Below, in pieces: positions 25,497-34,978 of a stretch of 55,987 bases of DNA. Below the pieces are notes generated by a model that worked only from the letters and a program-made list of their open reading frames with translations, was not told the origin of the DNA and searched no databases. A program made the position numbers and the translations under genes. The stretch lies in IMG/VR virus record IMGVR_UViG_3300025838_000004, positions 1 through 55,987 of that record; one strand, written 5' to 3'. The first letter of the stretch is position 1. Each line of letters starts with the position of its first letter. This DNA comes from a virus (lineage: Duplodnaviria > Caudoviricetes).

Positions 25497-27691
25497 TATT
25501 TAGCTCCTAGTTGGGTTTTAAGTGAATCTACTTCTGCTTTAAGTTCTTGAATTGCATTTACCAAAAGCGGAATAACTTCTGTATAAGAAAGACCTAAAAC
25601 TGTACCCTCTTTATCTTCTGTTTCTGTTACTGCTTCAGGCAATACTTTTTGAACATCTTGTGCAATTAAGTAAGGTCTGCGAACATCTTCTTCATCAGTT
25701 TTTAATCTACCAATAACTGTGCGAAGTGTTGCAATTTTTTCTAAACCTCCTGTAATTGGTTCAATAATAATCTTGCGAGTTTCATCAGATACAGCAGTCC
25801 ATGAAGTAGCTGTACTAGTTGCTAAATAAACGCCATAACCTACTTGATTTGTAATACAAACGCCAGTATTTGAGCCACCATTTAATCTTGTATAGGTTGC
25901 AATATAAAAACTTGCTGTTCCACTAGTGTTAGCCGAAATAATCGGTCCATACCCACTTCCACTTGCACCATTTAATAGTATAGTACCTTCATAATTGGAA
26001 GCTCCACCAGTACCAAAAAACCATGTTCCAGTTCCGTTATTATATGCTCTTGGATTACCATCACCATCAGATAAGACAATGTAGTTACTTGATGTACGAA
26101 TGTCTAAGCCACCATTGTTACCTGAGTAACCTCCAATAATAGTATTTTTAGAGCCTGTAGTTACATAGTAACCAGCCGCATTTTGTCCATTTCCAATAAA
26201 AGTATTTGCTGTTCCTGATGTTACAGAATAACCGCTATATGCCCCTATAAATGTGTTGTTAGCCGCTGTATTTGAATATCCAGCTTGATAACCTACTGCT
26301 GTGTTATTATCTGCGGCGGTTAAATTTATTAATGCTTGCATACCAAGTGCAGTATTGTAATTACCAGTGGTATTACTGTTTAAACTTTGGTTTCCGTAAG
26401 CAGTATTATTATTTCCAGTTGTATTCGATAGTAATGCGTTAAGCCCCATCGCCACATTATTACTACCTGTAGTATTTGCCCTTAATGCTTGATACCCAAC
26501 AGCAGTTAAAGAACCTGTTGTATTACTATATCCTGCTTGATAACCTACTGCTGTGTTATTGGAAGCTGTAGTATTACTGTATAGAGCTGTATATCCTACA
26601 GCAGTATTATAAGAACCAGTAGTGTTTAACCCTGATGATGCATGACCAACAGAAGTATTGTATGAACCTGTTGAGTTTGTATATAAAGCACTATTTCCAA
26701 TACCCACATTTGTAGCACCTGTAGTATTAGAATATAAAGCATAAGAACCTAAAGCAGTAATAGATCCTGTAGTGTTTGTATATCCAGCTTGATAACCAAC
26801 AGCAGTATTATTTGAAGATTGATTAAAAGATAGAGCTTGATAACCAATTCCTGTAGAAGCTGAAAAAGAAACCAATGTTCCTGTATTTCCACCCAATGCT
26901 TCAGCACCATATCCTGTATTATTACTTCCTGTTTGATTCCAATAACCTGTAGATTCTCCAAAATATGAATTGTTTGAACCAGTAGTATTTCTATTACCAG
27001 CCACATAACCAACCATAGTATTTGATGTGCCTGTACTATTATTTAAAAGAGCATTAGCTCCTAAAACAGTATTGTAGTTTGCACTACCACCACCCAATCC
27101 AACAGTAAGACCATGAATAGATGCGTCATTAGTTGCTGTTAAAGTAGTACCGTTAAACGTCATGTTGGCACTATCAGTTAATAATCCACCTGTCCCAGCA
27201 TACGTTACTCGACCACTTGTAAGCCCTGAGTCGGTCACACTTGTAAATGTTCCTGAGCCAATGTTAATGCTGTTTACCCATTGTGGGGCTGTTCCTGACG
27301 AGGACAATATATAGTTTGACGTGCCGATTGCTAGTTTAGATAAGGCTGTACCTGATGCATAATAAGGTAAGTCACCTGCTGTGTAGCTTGATAAACCTGT
27401 TCCGCCATTGCTTGTTATCAATGTGCCTGCAACAGTAATTGCACCTGTTGATGCGGTATTAGGTGTTAATCCTGTTGAGCCGAAGCTAAGTGATGCTACG
27501 TTGACGCTTGTGGCTTTACTTGCTAATAATTGAACATTGCCTGATGCGTCTTTGTAGAATAATTTACCATCATAATAATTCAGGGCAAGCTCTGCACCTG
27601 TAGATGAAGAAGTTAAATTAGCCGCTGACGGTGCATTACCTGTCGTTCCACTTGCATAAATTAATATTGGGGTGTATCCGCTCTGTGCCAT
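25496..27691 (-). CDS. Tail fibre/spike with beta-helical NTAVGYQA repeats and C-terminal intramolecular chaperone (peptidase S74-like)
   Basis: Repeated N.AVGY.A...NTTG units; SDE..K, IAQDV..V.PEAV, L.Y..IP.LV.AIQEL. Confidence 0.88.
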   Translation of the reverse strand: MAQSGYTPILIYASGTTGNAPSAANLTSSSTGAELALNYYDGKLFYKDASGNVQLLASKATSVNVASLSFGSTGLTPNTASTGAITVAGTLITSNGGTGLSSYTAGDLPYYASGTALSKLAIGTSNYILSSSGTAPQWVNSINIGSGTFTSVTDSGLTSGRVTYAGTGGLLTDSANMTFNGTTLTATNDASIHGLTVGLGGGSANYNTVLGANALLNNSTGTSNTMVGYVAGNRNTTGSNNSYFGESTGYWNQTGSNNTGYGAEALGGNTGTLVSFSASTGIGYQALSFNQSSNNTAVGYQAGYTNTTGSITALGSYALYSNTTGATNVGIGNSALYTNSTGSYNTSVGHASSGLNTTGSYNTAVGYTALYSNTTASNNTAVGYQAGYSNTTGSLTAVGYQALRANTTGSNNVAMGLNALLSNTTGNNNTAYGNQSLNSNTTGNYNTALGMQALINLTAADNNTAVGYQAGYSNTAANNTFIGAYSGYSVTSGTANTFIGNGQNAAGYYVTTGSKNTIIGGYSGNNGGLDIRTSSNYIVLSDGDGNPRAYNNGTGTWFFGTGGASNYEGTILLNGASGSGYGPIISANTSGTASFYIATYTRLNGGSNTGVCITNQVGYGVYLATSTATSWTAVSDETRKIIIEPITGGLEKIATLRTVIGRLKTDEEDVRRPYLIAQDVQKVLPEAVTETEDKEGTVLGLSYTEVIPLLVNAIQELKAEVDSLKTQLGAK

Positions 27692-27725
27692 ATTTATTCC
27701 TTTTGAATATTATAAATCCATTTTA

Positions 27726-29360
27726 TTAAAATCCACCACCTGCAACACCAACATTTGTTCCTGTACCACCATATAAAGTTCCGATAATAGTACCTTGCCA
27801 AGTGCCTGTTCCAATTGTGCCTACACTTGTTAAACTAGAACTTACTACTGTACTATTTAATGTGGTGCCTGTTAATGTGCCTGCTGCCGCTGTTACTGTT
27901 CCACTACTTCCTAAACTTATAGATGTACCATTGACTGTTACAGAACTATTTTGTAATTGTGCATTAGTTACATTTGATAAAGCTCCACCTAATACAATAT
28001 TACCGCTAGAAGTTACTGTTCCAGTTAAAGTAATTCCATTAACAGAACCTGTACCTGATACAGATGTTACTGTTCCTGAACCTTTGTTATTAAAAGTATT
28101 CCAATCCGTAGAGGTTAAATAACCACTTACAGATGACGTTGCTGCCGACATCGAAATGGTTGGGGTTGTACCACCGCTAGATACTACTGGGCTTGTTGCG
28201 CCTACTGAAGTGACATAAGTTCCTGATGGCTGTTTGTTATTAAATGTGTTCCAATCAGTACTACTTAAATATCCGTTTGTGCTTGTACTTGCCTGAGTAA
28301 TGCTAATAGCGGGAGTAGTTCCGCCGCTTGACTGAATAGGGGCAGTTCCTGTTACTGATGTCACGGTTCCTACATTAATTGTACCACCTAAACTTACCGT
28401 ATTACTATTAATAGTAATAGAACTATTGGCAAGTTGAGCATTGGTAATCGTCCCACTTAATGCTGTTGTTGGAATTGTAGCACTAGCAGTAAAAGCAGAA
28501 GTTCCATTACCAATAACATACCCTGTTAAAGTAGTTGCCCCTGTACCGCCAGATGATGGGTTTAATGTACCAGCTAAAGTAACAGGCCCACTTGTTGCGG
28601 TATTAGGGGTTAGCCCTGATAAAGTAGTAGTAAATGTGGTTACGCCGCCAGTTAATGAAAACTGTTGCCAACCAGATGCATTGTAACCTTCAAAAGTTCC
28701 TAAACTTGTATTGTATCTAAAAGCGCCGGTAGACCCTGTTCTTTGACCGGTAGTGCCATTAGGCACAGTAACTGAACCTGTTCCTGGAAATATAGCATTA
28801 CTTGATATACTAATAGTAGGCGTAGATGTTCCGTCTCCGCCTGTTATACTAATTTGATTCGTAGTTCCGGTAAGCACATTTGTACTTAAAGTCGTTCCAT
28901 TAGTAGAAATAAAACCTGTTCCACCTAAACTAGCAAGTGCCAATGGCAAGCCACTTAATCCAAGTGTAGGGTTACCGCTTACGCCACTTCCATTCGTTAC
29001 CGATAAACCAGCGCCAGTAATTGCAATGCTTCTATTAACAACGCTATTACTTGAATTTTTAATGATAAGGCCCTGAGATGCATTTTCTAATGAGCCTGAT
29101 ACTGCATTAAGGAAAACAGAGTATTGACCCTGTGCACCACCAGAACTTGTTCCAATGCCTAGTCCGCCTACTAGTCTTTGGCTATTAGGCAAAGAAGGCT
29201 CATTATTAATGGTTAAATATGTCTGAGTCTGAGTTGGACTATTAACTAAGTTATAGACTGTTGTCTGTACTGTCTGTCCATTTTGGACAATCGGCACAAG
29301 TTCAGAACCACTAATAGGGCTAGGAGCTACAGGAAGTTGTGTTATTCGTACATTGGCCAT
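27726..29360 (-). CDS. Tail fibre protein
   Basis: ITQLP.A N-terminus, G.FRYNT...FEGY, GYL.STDWNTFNNK repeats, VTSV repeats, C-terminal GGGF. Confidence 0.8.
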   Translation of the reverse strand: MANVRITQLPVAPSPISGSELVPIVQNGQTVQTTVYNLVNSPTQTQTYLTINNEPSLPNSQRLVGGLGIGTSSGGAQGQYSVFLNAVSGSLENASQGLIIKNSSNSVVNRSIAITGAGLSVTNGSGVSGNPTLGLSGLPLALASLGGTGFISTNGTTLSTNVLTGTTNQISITGGDGTSTPTISISSNAIFPGTGSVTVPNGTTGQRTGSTGAFRYNTSLGTFEGYNASGWQQFSLTGGVTTFTTTLSGLTPNTATSGPVTLAGTLNPSSGGTGATTLTGYVIGNGTSAFTASATIPTTALSGTITNAQLANSSITINSNTVSLGGTINVGTVTSVTGTAPIQSSGGTTPAISITQASTSTNGYLSSTDWNTFNNKQPSGTYVTSVGATSPVVSSGGTTPTISMSAATSSVSGYLTSTDWNTFNNKGSGTVTSVSGTGSVNGITLTGTVTSSGNIVLGGALSNVTNAQLQNSSVTVNGTSISLGSSGTVTAAAGTLTGTTLNSTVVSSSLTSVGTIGTGTWQGTIIGTLYGGTGTNVGVAGGGF

Positions 29361-29369
29361 ATTCGTTCT

Positions 29370-29741
29370 CTACGGACTAAGGTTATCAAGATTTCCGTCC
29401 AGCGGATCTTCTGCTGTTTCAGGGGCAATACCGTATTCCCCTTGAGTAATTGGTGTTTTTGGATCTTGGTTAGGTGAGTTAACCACATTCGGATCTGTCG
29501 TGATTGCGTCTTGATTAGCAGCAATGTCAGCATCTGGTCTAGGAAATCGAAGACTAATTTTTTCAGGCTGACGCATAGGCAGTCTATAAGGGTCTTTTTG
29601 ATCAATACAACCAAACCGACAAACTCTAAGACCCGGTATGTTTTCATCTTGCTGTACATCATCATATGCTCTCTTCATTTTGCAACGGTCGCAAATTTGT
29701 ATTGTTAGTACATTATTTCCACGAGTATCAAGCCACTTCAA
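29370..29741 (-). CDS. Conserved CxxC structural-module protein
   Basis: ICDRC...GL.VC..C.D..DP......RPD. Confidence 0.75.
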   Translation of the reverse strand: MKWLDTRGNNVLTIQICDRCKMKRAYDDVQQDENIPGLRVCRFGCIDQKDPYRLPMRQPEKISLRFPRPDADIAANQDAITTDPNVVNSPNQDPKTPITQGEYGIAPETAEDPLDGNLDNLSP

Positions 29742-30252
29742 TTTGAGCCTCTTTTCTTTTTGCCCACCATGCTTTTATAGCAATAGAAGTATTTAATTTT
29801 TGTTCTTCAGTTTGCTTTTTTCCTTTTTTGCCTTTGCTTACAGCAATTCTATGTTTTTCTTTTGTTTCAGGTTTTGCCATTGCCTTTATCATTATTTCTT
29901 TAAATTTTTCTTTAGACGCATCATGAGATAATTGTTGTTTTTCAGACCACTTTTTCCCAATATGCGACTTACTTAAAGATTTTTTATGTTTCTCGCTTAA
30001 TTTTTTACCTTTGTTCCAAGCAGAAACTCCTGTTAAAGAGATGTGAACCCCTTCTTCATTTAAATAAGACATTAATCTATAAAAAGCATACCCATCGCCT
30101 CTTTTTTTAAACATTTTATATCTTACGTAATGAGCGATTGCATGGTCAATTGGGTGCAACAATACAAGATTATCAGGAGAATCTGTTCCTCCAATATGTT
30201 TTGGCACAATATGATGATTATGAAAACCTTTTAAAAGATTATTTCGAGCCAT
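29728..30252 (-). mobile_element. Free-standing HNH homing endonuclease with NUMOD3 repeats
   Basis: HHIVP...GG.D...NLV.L...H..AH; WNKGKK.SE.HK..LS. Confidence 0.88.
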
Positions 30253-30254
30253 AA

Positions 30255-31313
30255 TTACCTCGTATATACACTAATGTTAGGTGCAAAGTAAATCGGAGAC
30301 TTATCTCGTTCTTCTTGCTCAGCCATCATCCAATACTTCTCTGCTTGCTGTTCACAGTAAGCAATTCTAGCAGGATCAACTTGAGGTAACTCCATAGCCA
30401 TTTGATGTGCTAGCATGTTCTGTATCGCTAAATACCATCTTTGAGGTATTTCTATAGAACCAGATAATGCACCAACATCTTGTACATATCTAGAACACCA
30501 TGCCACAATCTGAACAGAATAAAGATTAGGCGTAGGCCAAAGTGTCATAGTAGGCTGTGGAATTGTTCTATTTAACCAATACTGTAAAGGATAGTTATTA
30601 GGATAGTTCTTATTCGGTAAATTAATGTAGTCATCACGGTTCATTCTAAACATCGGAATTTCTGTTGGATTTGAACCAAAAATAACTTGATAAAACCCCA
30701 TGTTAGCACCGGATGTCTGTAAAATTCTCCAGTAAGGAGCAGTAACTGACGGATCTAAGTCATTGTAAATCCATTGTCCACTAACCCAAGAAGTAGTGTT
30801 TGGAGTAAGTAATGTAACCCAAGTAGAATTATCTTGAGAATATTGAATTTGATAGTTAACTGTTCCTGTAATAGCCGGAAAAATACCAATGGTTGCCATA
30901 TAAATACCTTGTCCGGTTCCATTATTAATACCAATATAACCTGTATTGGTTGTTAACTGACAAATATTAGTATAGACACCATCAAAAGCATTAGAAACTA
31001 TTCCTGAAGATGAATTAGCACCATTTGTATTAATCGTTAAATATCTATAGTTAGCACTTAATATATCATTAGTAGATGTAGGTAATAAGTATTCATATTG
31101 ATCAGCAACCATGCCAATCACATTCTTTTGAATACACCAATACTGAATACCAAGATTGACTAAATTAGATAGTAAATAGTAAAGAGATTGCTTTGCAGCA
31201 AAGATTTGCTCTGATGTTAATTCTTCAGCTAGTTTTCCAGCACGACGAGCGCCACTATCAATTAGATTTTGAACTGTAACAACTGTGGTGCTAACTGTAC
31301 CTGAAGTGCTCAT
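30255..31313 (-). CDS. Head-tail connector/neck protein with inserted beta-sandwich
   Basis: STSGT, Y.NLPNK...P.Q.W..R...LWP.P, IPQRW..A....LA. Confidence 0.65.
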   Translation of the reverse strand: MSTSGTVSTTVVTVQNLIDSGARRAGKLAEELTSEQIFAAKQSLYYLLSNLVNLGIQYWCIQKNVIGMVADQYEYLLPTSTNDILSANYRYLTINTNGANSSSGIVSNAFDGVYTNICQLTTNTGYIGINNGTGQGIYMATIGIFPAITGTVNYQIQYSQDNSTWVTLLTPNTTSWVSGQWIYNDLDPSVTAPYWRILQTSGANMGFYQVIFGSNPTEIPMFRMNRDDYINLPNKNYPNNYPLQYWLNRTIPQPTMTLWPTPNLYSVQIVAWCSRYVQDVGALSGSIEIPQRWYLAIQNMLAHQMAMELPQVDPARIAYCEQQAEKYWMMAEQEERDKSPIYFAPNISVYTR

Positions 31314-31876
31314 TACCACCCCTTAATATCATATTTCTTCTTTGTCTGTCCACCGTCTTTACAATGCCATCTCTTAAGCGAAGCTTTTGCTCTTGGTGCA
31401 TCGCCTTTAGCATGCTTCACTACCCCTGACATACGAGCACAAAAGCTATTATGTCTTGAACCTTTTGATTGAGGAGCTTGTAAATGACTGCCTGTTTCTT
31501 TATTAACTTTTGCACGTCCTTTTGCAGTAAGTCCTGCTCCTTGAGAAGTAGGCAGTTTTTCACCTTTCTTAATAGAAAGACGAACATCGCCACCTTGTTT
31601 CATTTTCTTAGACTGTGAATGTTTTAAATCATAGTCTGAAGGAGCACCTTTACTTCCGGGTTTGCGCATATGCTCTCCTGACCCATGCTTAATACGTTCT
31701 TGCTTAGCATGAATATTCGCCCATAAACCTGGAAGCTTACCGCCATCTTTTTTCTTTACAGATCTTTTTGTAGCGTATGCAATAGCAACCGCTTGCTTAA
31801 CAGGCTTTCCTGCTTTTACTTCAGTAGCAACGTTTTTGCTAAATGCTTGCTTTGATTTTGATTTGATCAAAGGCAT
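31313..31876 (-). CDS. Basic head-associated protein
   Basis: MPL.K.KS.....N...E...GKP.KQAVAIA, GL.ANIHAK..RI, SFCARM..A.L.RW.C; contains KxGG tags. Confidence 0.75.
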   Translation of the reverse strand: MPLIKSKSKQAFSKNVATEVKAGKPVKQAVAIAYATKRSVKKKDGGKLPGLWANIHAKQERIKHGSGEHMRKPGSKGAPSDYDLKHSQSKKMKQGGDVRLSIKKGEKLPTSQGAGLTAKGRAKVNKETGSHLQAPQSKGSRHNSFCARMSGVVKHAKGDAPRAKASLKRWHCKDGGQTKKKYDIKGW

Positions 31877-31878
31877 AA

Positions 31879-32658
31879 TTAGCTCCCTGTACCAACAGTA
31901 TTATTATTGTTTTGTATAAGTTTACCTGTAATAATAACCCCTGCAGATATTGTTCCTGTACTTGTAACAAGTTGCCATTGAATGTCGGTTTTTTCAGCGT
32001 ATAAAAACGGATTTGCTTGTCTTTGTGCTGTATAAATTGACACAAACGGTTGTTGCAACACAACAAACTTTACGCCTGTAGTGTTGTTAATTGCTTGCAC
32101 TTTGTAAGTAACAATTGTGCTTCCTGTATAACTATTTGATGTATTTACTTCAGCTAAATCTAAATAAAATGTATATCCTGCAGGTACTGTAAATACAGTA
32201 CTTTGTGATTTGCCAATTCCTACATTGATTTGAGAAACAATATTAGAGGATTGCTTTAATGTAATTGTACCTACGTTAGTAGTTTGCCCTGTTCCTGCCG
32301 ATACTAAAACCATACTATTTACACGATAATAGCTATTCAGAGTAGTTACACCTGTAGTACCGTTCATTTGTAATGATTCGGATATTTGATTAAAGTTTGA
32401 ATCCAATCCACTAATTAGCACTTTCGCAACAGTATCATCAGATGCAGAAGTGCTTACAAGAGTTAGTGTAGATGCATTTGTAATGTAAGTATAAGTTGTA
32501 GCATTTTCCCAAACAGGAATGCTAGTAGTTGTTACAGATGCTTGATAACCAAAAATATTGACTTGTTGATGACCATAAATTTGATTACGAGCAACTTGTA
32601 AATCAAATGGCTCATATGCACCACTACGAGTTACCGAAGAAACGATGTTATTACTCAT
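31879..32658 (-). CDS. Conserved structural-module hypothetical protein
   Basis: EPFDLQVAR..I.GH...IFG, beta-rich, YTVPAG-like motif. Confidence 0.75.
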   Translation of the reverse strand: MSNNIVSSVTRSGAYEPFDLQVARNQIYGHQQVNIFGYQASVTTTSIPVWENATTYTYITNASTLTLVSTSASDDTVAKVLISGLDSNFNQISESLQMNGTTGVTTLNSYYRVNSMVLVSAGTGQTTNVGTITLKQSSNIVSQINVGIGKSQSTVFTVPAGYTFYLDLAEVNTSNSYTGSTIVTYKVQAINNTTGVKFVVLQQPFVSIYTAQRQANPFLYAEKTDIQWQLVTSTGTISAGVIITGKLIQNNNNTVGTGS

Positions 32659-32674
32659 ATTAAATCTCCAAGTT

Positions 32675-32705
32675 AAAAGGAGGGGTTTTCACCCCAACCT
32701 TTAAT
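32675..32705 (-). terminator. Rho-independent terminator
   Basis: Minus-strand GGGGT-GAAA-ACCCC hairpin followed by CCTTTT. Confidence 0.55.
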
Positions 32706-33861
32706 AGTTACACTTACCACCTTTTTTATGATGCGTAGAAATCTTGCTATGATGCTTTGCATGACCTCCATGCTTCATAGGGTGGTGATCAATATGAGTA
32801 TGCCCATGTTCATGCTTACCACCATGCATATGGTGCATATGCTTATGACCATGGTCATCATGACCATGAGTGGTGTGATGCTGTTTATGACCATGAGTAA
32901 CATGTCCACCTGATTTGTAACCTGCAGGAGCTTGATGAATTTCGCCTGTCTTACCTTTTTTGGTTGGCATCTTTTCACCATCTTTCATATCATTTAGATA
33001 TCTGTTGGCTACATTCTGAGAAACTGTTCCACCTTTAGCATACTTATGCATCTTACCACCATGCTTATAGCCTACACCTTCAATGCCGCCTGATTTAGTG
33101 TGAAATGATTTAGTTTGTTTAGCTTCAACAACTTTATCTTGCACGTCAATCTTTGGCTTTAATGTGCCTTTAGTCTGAAAAGCATCGCCTTTAGCAGCTA
33201 GCCCACCACTTGCTTTATGCATCATCTTACCACCACGTTTCATTTGCTCGCCACCATGATGTACAGCAGGCATTGTTCCACCTGCAGCCATGTGTTTATG
33301 GTGCTCATGCATTTTCTTGTGATGTGCTGAACCACTTTCTTTATGCATTTTCATATGGTGTTTAGCCATGTGCTTGTGGTGCTCATGTGAACCTACAGGA
33401 TGACCTGAAATATGGTGAGCTTTACCTCCGTGCTTGTATCCAGGTCCTTCTATAGCACCTGTTGAAGCTTTGTGATGTGGTTTACCTTCTCCAAGTAATC
33501 CACCTATCTGAGGGGTATACATAGCTTTACCGCCTTTAGCCATGTGAGCTTTTCCACCATGTGTAGAGTCTTTCATCTTTTCATGACGCTTCAGCTCTTT
33601 TTCAATCTTATGCATTTCCTTCATCTCTTTTCGTTCTTCTGCTTTACCACCGTCTTTACGTCTAAGTAAAGCAGGCGGCATAGCCATCGCACGACGAGGA
33701 GCCATTGCTCTTTGTGGCATTGCCATCATAGGATTACCACCCATTGCCATGTGCTTTTTATGCGCATGACCACCTTTTTTCATACCTTCATGCTTAAGTT
33801 CATCAGCAGAAGGTTCTGTTGTCATCTCTTTTGGCTCACGTCCAAATTTGCTAGTTGCCAT
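32701..33861 (-). CDS. His/Lys/Met-rich low-complexity protein with about 15 xxxGG repeats (putative core protein)
   Basis: 386-aa ORF with GGAG RBS; MKKGG, MAKGG, YKHGG, YAKGG etc. Confidence 0.85.
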   Translation of the reverse strand: MATSKFGREPKEMTTEPSADELKHEGMKKGGHAHKKHMAMGGNPMMAMPQRAMAPRRAMAMPPALLRRKDGGKAEERKEMKEMHKIEKELKRHEKMKDSTHGGKAHMAKGGKAMYTPQIGGLLGEGKPHHKASTGAIEGPGYKHGGKAHHISGHPVGSHEHHKHMAKHHMKMHKESGSAHHKKMHEHHKHMAAGGTMPAVHHGGEQMKRGGKMMHKASGGLAAKGDAFQTKGTLKPKIDVQDKVVEAKQTKSFHTKSGGIEGVGYKHGGKMHKYAKGGTVSQNVANRYLNDMKDGEKMPTKKGKTGEIHQAPAGYKSGGHVTHGHKQHHTTHGHDDHGHKHMHHMHGGKHEHGHTHIDHHPMKHGGHAKHHSKISTHHKKGGKCNY

Positions 33862-33876
33862 GGTGTTTTTCTCCTA

Positions 33877-34917
33877 TTAGGCTTGGGCTATGCCAAGTAA
33901 ACCAGTTGTGGTGGAATTCGGACCTACTTGAATAGCCGTTAAACCTAGTGTTAAAACTAGCTTATTTGAACCATTCAATGTTCCTGCAGGTGTGTACGTG
34001 CCACGTGTATCAGCTGTTACGGAACTTGATACTAGTTGCGGCGTCATTGTAGCGGCGCTTGCTGTATATGAGCCTGAAGTATTTACAAACGTACCAGCTA
34101 AATAGTTGGCTTGTGAAGTAGATAATTTTCCAGTGGTTGCAGATACATATGTCCACCAATAGTTTGTACCAGTACTTACACCACCTGGAGGAGTCCCTGT
34201 AAATTGAACAATAGTGCCACTAGCAGGAGAATAACCAACTGTAAGTACGCCAGGTGAAGCAATCGTCCAACCTGTTACTGCTTGTACAGAGTAAGTTGTT
34301 GTATTGCTATAAAAAGCATATGCCAATGTTCCGTTGTCAACCGCTGTAGAACCTGTAAATCCTGGGTCTACAATGTATGCTTCATCACTAATACGGCATG
34401 GTAAGCCTAGTGTAGTTGTTGTATCAACCGATACCGCAACAGTAGTTGCAGCGCTAAATGCGATACTGTAAATTTGAAAGAATGCTTTTCTTCCTTTAGT
34501 TTGCGTAGAAGCAACTGTACCTGTTTGAATGATTTCAGTCATTGCATTACCGTAATAATCATAGCCAGTTACTGTTACTTGTGAGTTTGTTGGGCTACCT
34601 GATGCAGTTGTAACCGCAACTGCTCTAGGCACATCTAATTGAGTTACTGTTGTACCATCAGTACGAATCACTTGTGTTGTTCCGCCTGTACCAGATGCTA
34701 ATTGTGTACCACTATAAGTAGTTGCGCCTGTTGGCGTTTTAGCAGCTAAAACAGCAGCTGTTGTTGCAGCATACGGATTTGTATCATATAAATAAACACG
34801 TCCCATTGGACCAAAACCAAGAGACATTGGTGAAGGATTACCTAAGTTACTGGTAGCATTTGTACCAACATAACTAGGGGCTGAGCCTAAAAATAAATCA
34901 TCGCTAAATTGTGGCAT
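33877..34917 (-). CDS. Putative capsid decoration/structural protein
   Basis: Directly downstream of the major capsid gene; LDVPR.V, G.D.YG..M.E, D.RGTY.P. Confidence 0.65.
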   Translation of the reverse strand: MPQFSDDLFLGSAPSYVGTNATSNLGNPSPMSLGFGPMGRVYLYDTNPYAATTAAVLAAKTPTGATTYSGTQLASGTGGTTQVIRTDGTTVTQLDVPRAVAVTTASGSPTNSQVTVTGYDYYGNAMTEIIQTGTVASTQTKGRKAFFQIYSIAFSAATTVAVSVDTTTTLGLPCRISDEAYIVDPGFTGSTAVDNGTLAYAFYSNTTTYSVQAVTGWTIASPGVLTVGYSPASGTIVQFTGTPPGGVSTGTNYWWTYVSATTGKLSTSQANYLAGTFVNTSGSYTASAATMTPQLVSSSVTADTRGTYTPAGTLNGSNKLVLTLGLTAIQVGPNSTTTGLLGIAQA

Positions 34918-34944
34918 TGTCGTTCTCCATGAAAAGTTGACAAA

Positions 34945-34972
34945 TTAAAAAGAAGGGGTTTTTACACCCCTT
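34945..34972 (-). terminator. Rho-independent terminator after the major capsid gene
   Basis: Minus-strand AAGGGGT-GTAAAA-ACCCCTT hairpin followed by CTTTTT. Confidence 0.7.
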
Positions 34973-34978
34973 TGATAC

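Noticed and set aside
25496-27691. Diversity-generating retroelement targeting the tail fibre
   Set aside because: No reverse transcriptase and no TR/VR pair seen; the internal repeats are protein-level beta-helix repeats.
29728-30252. Group I intron around the HNH or GIY-YIG genes
   Set aside because: Flanking genes are intact and abut the endonuclease ORFs, leaving no room for a ribozyme core.
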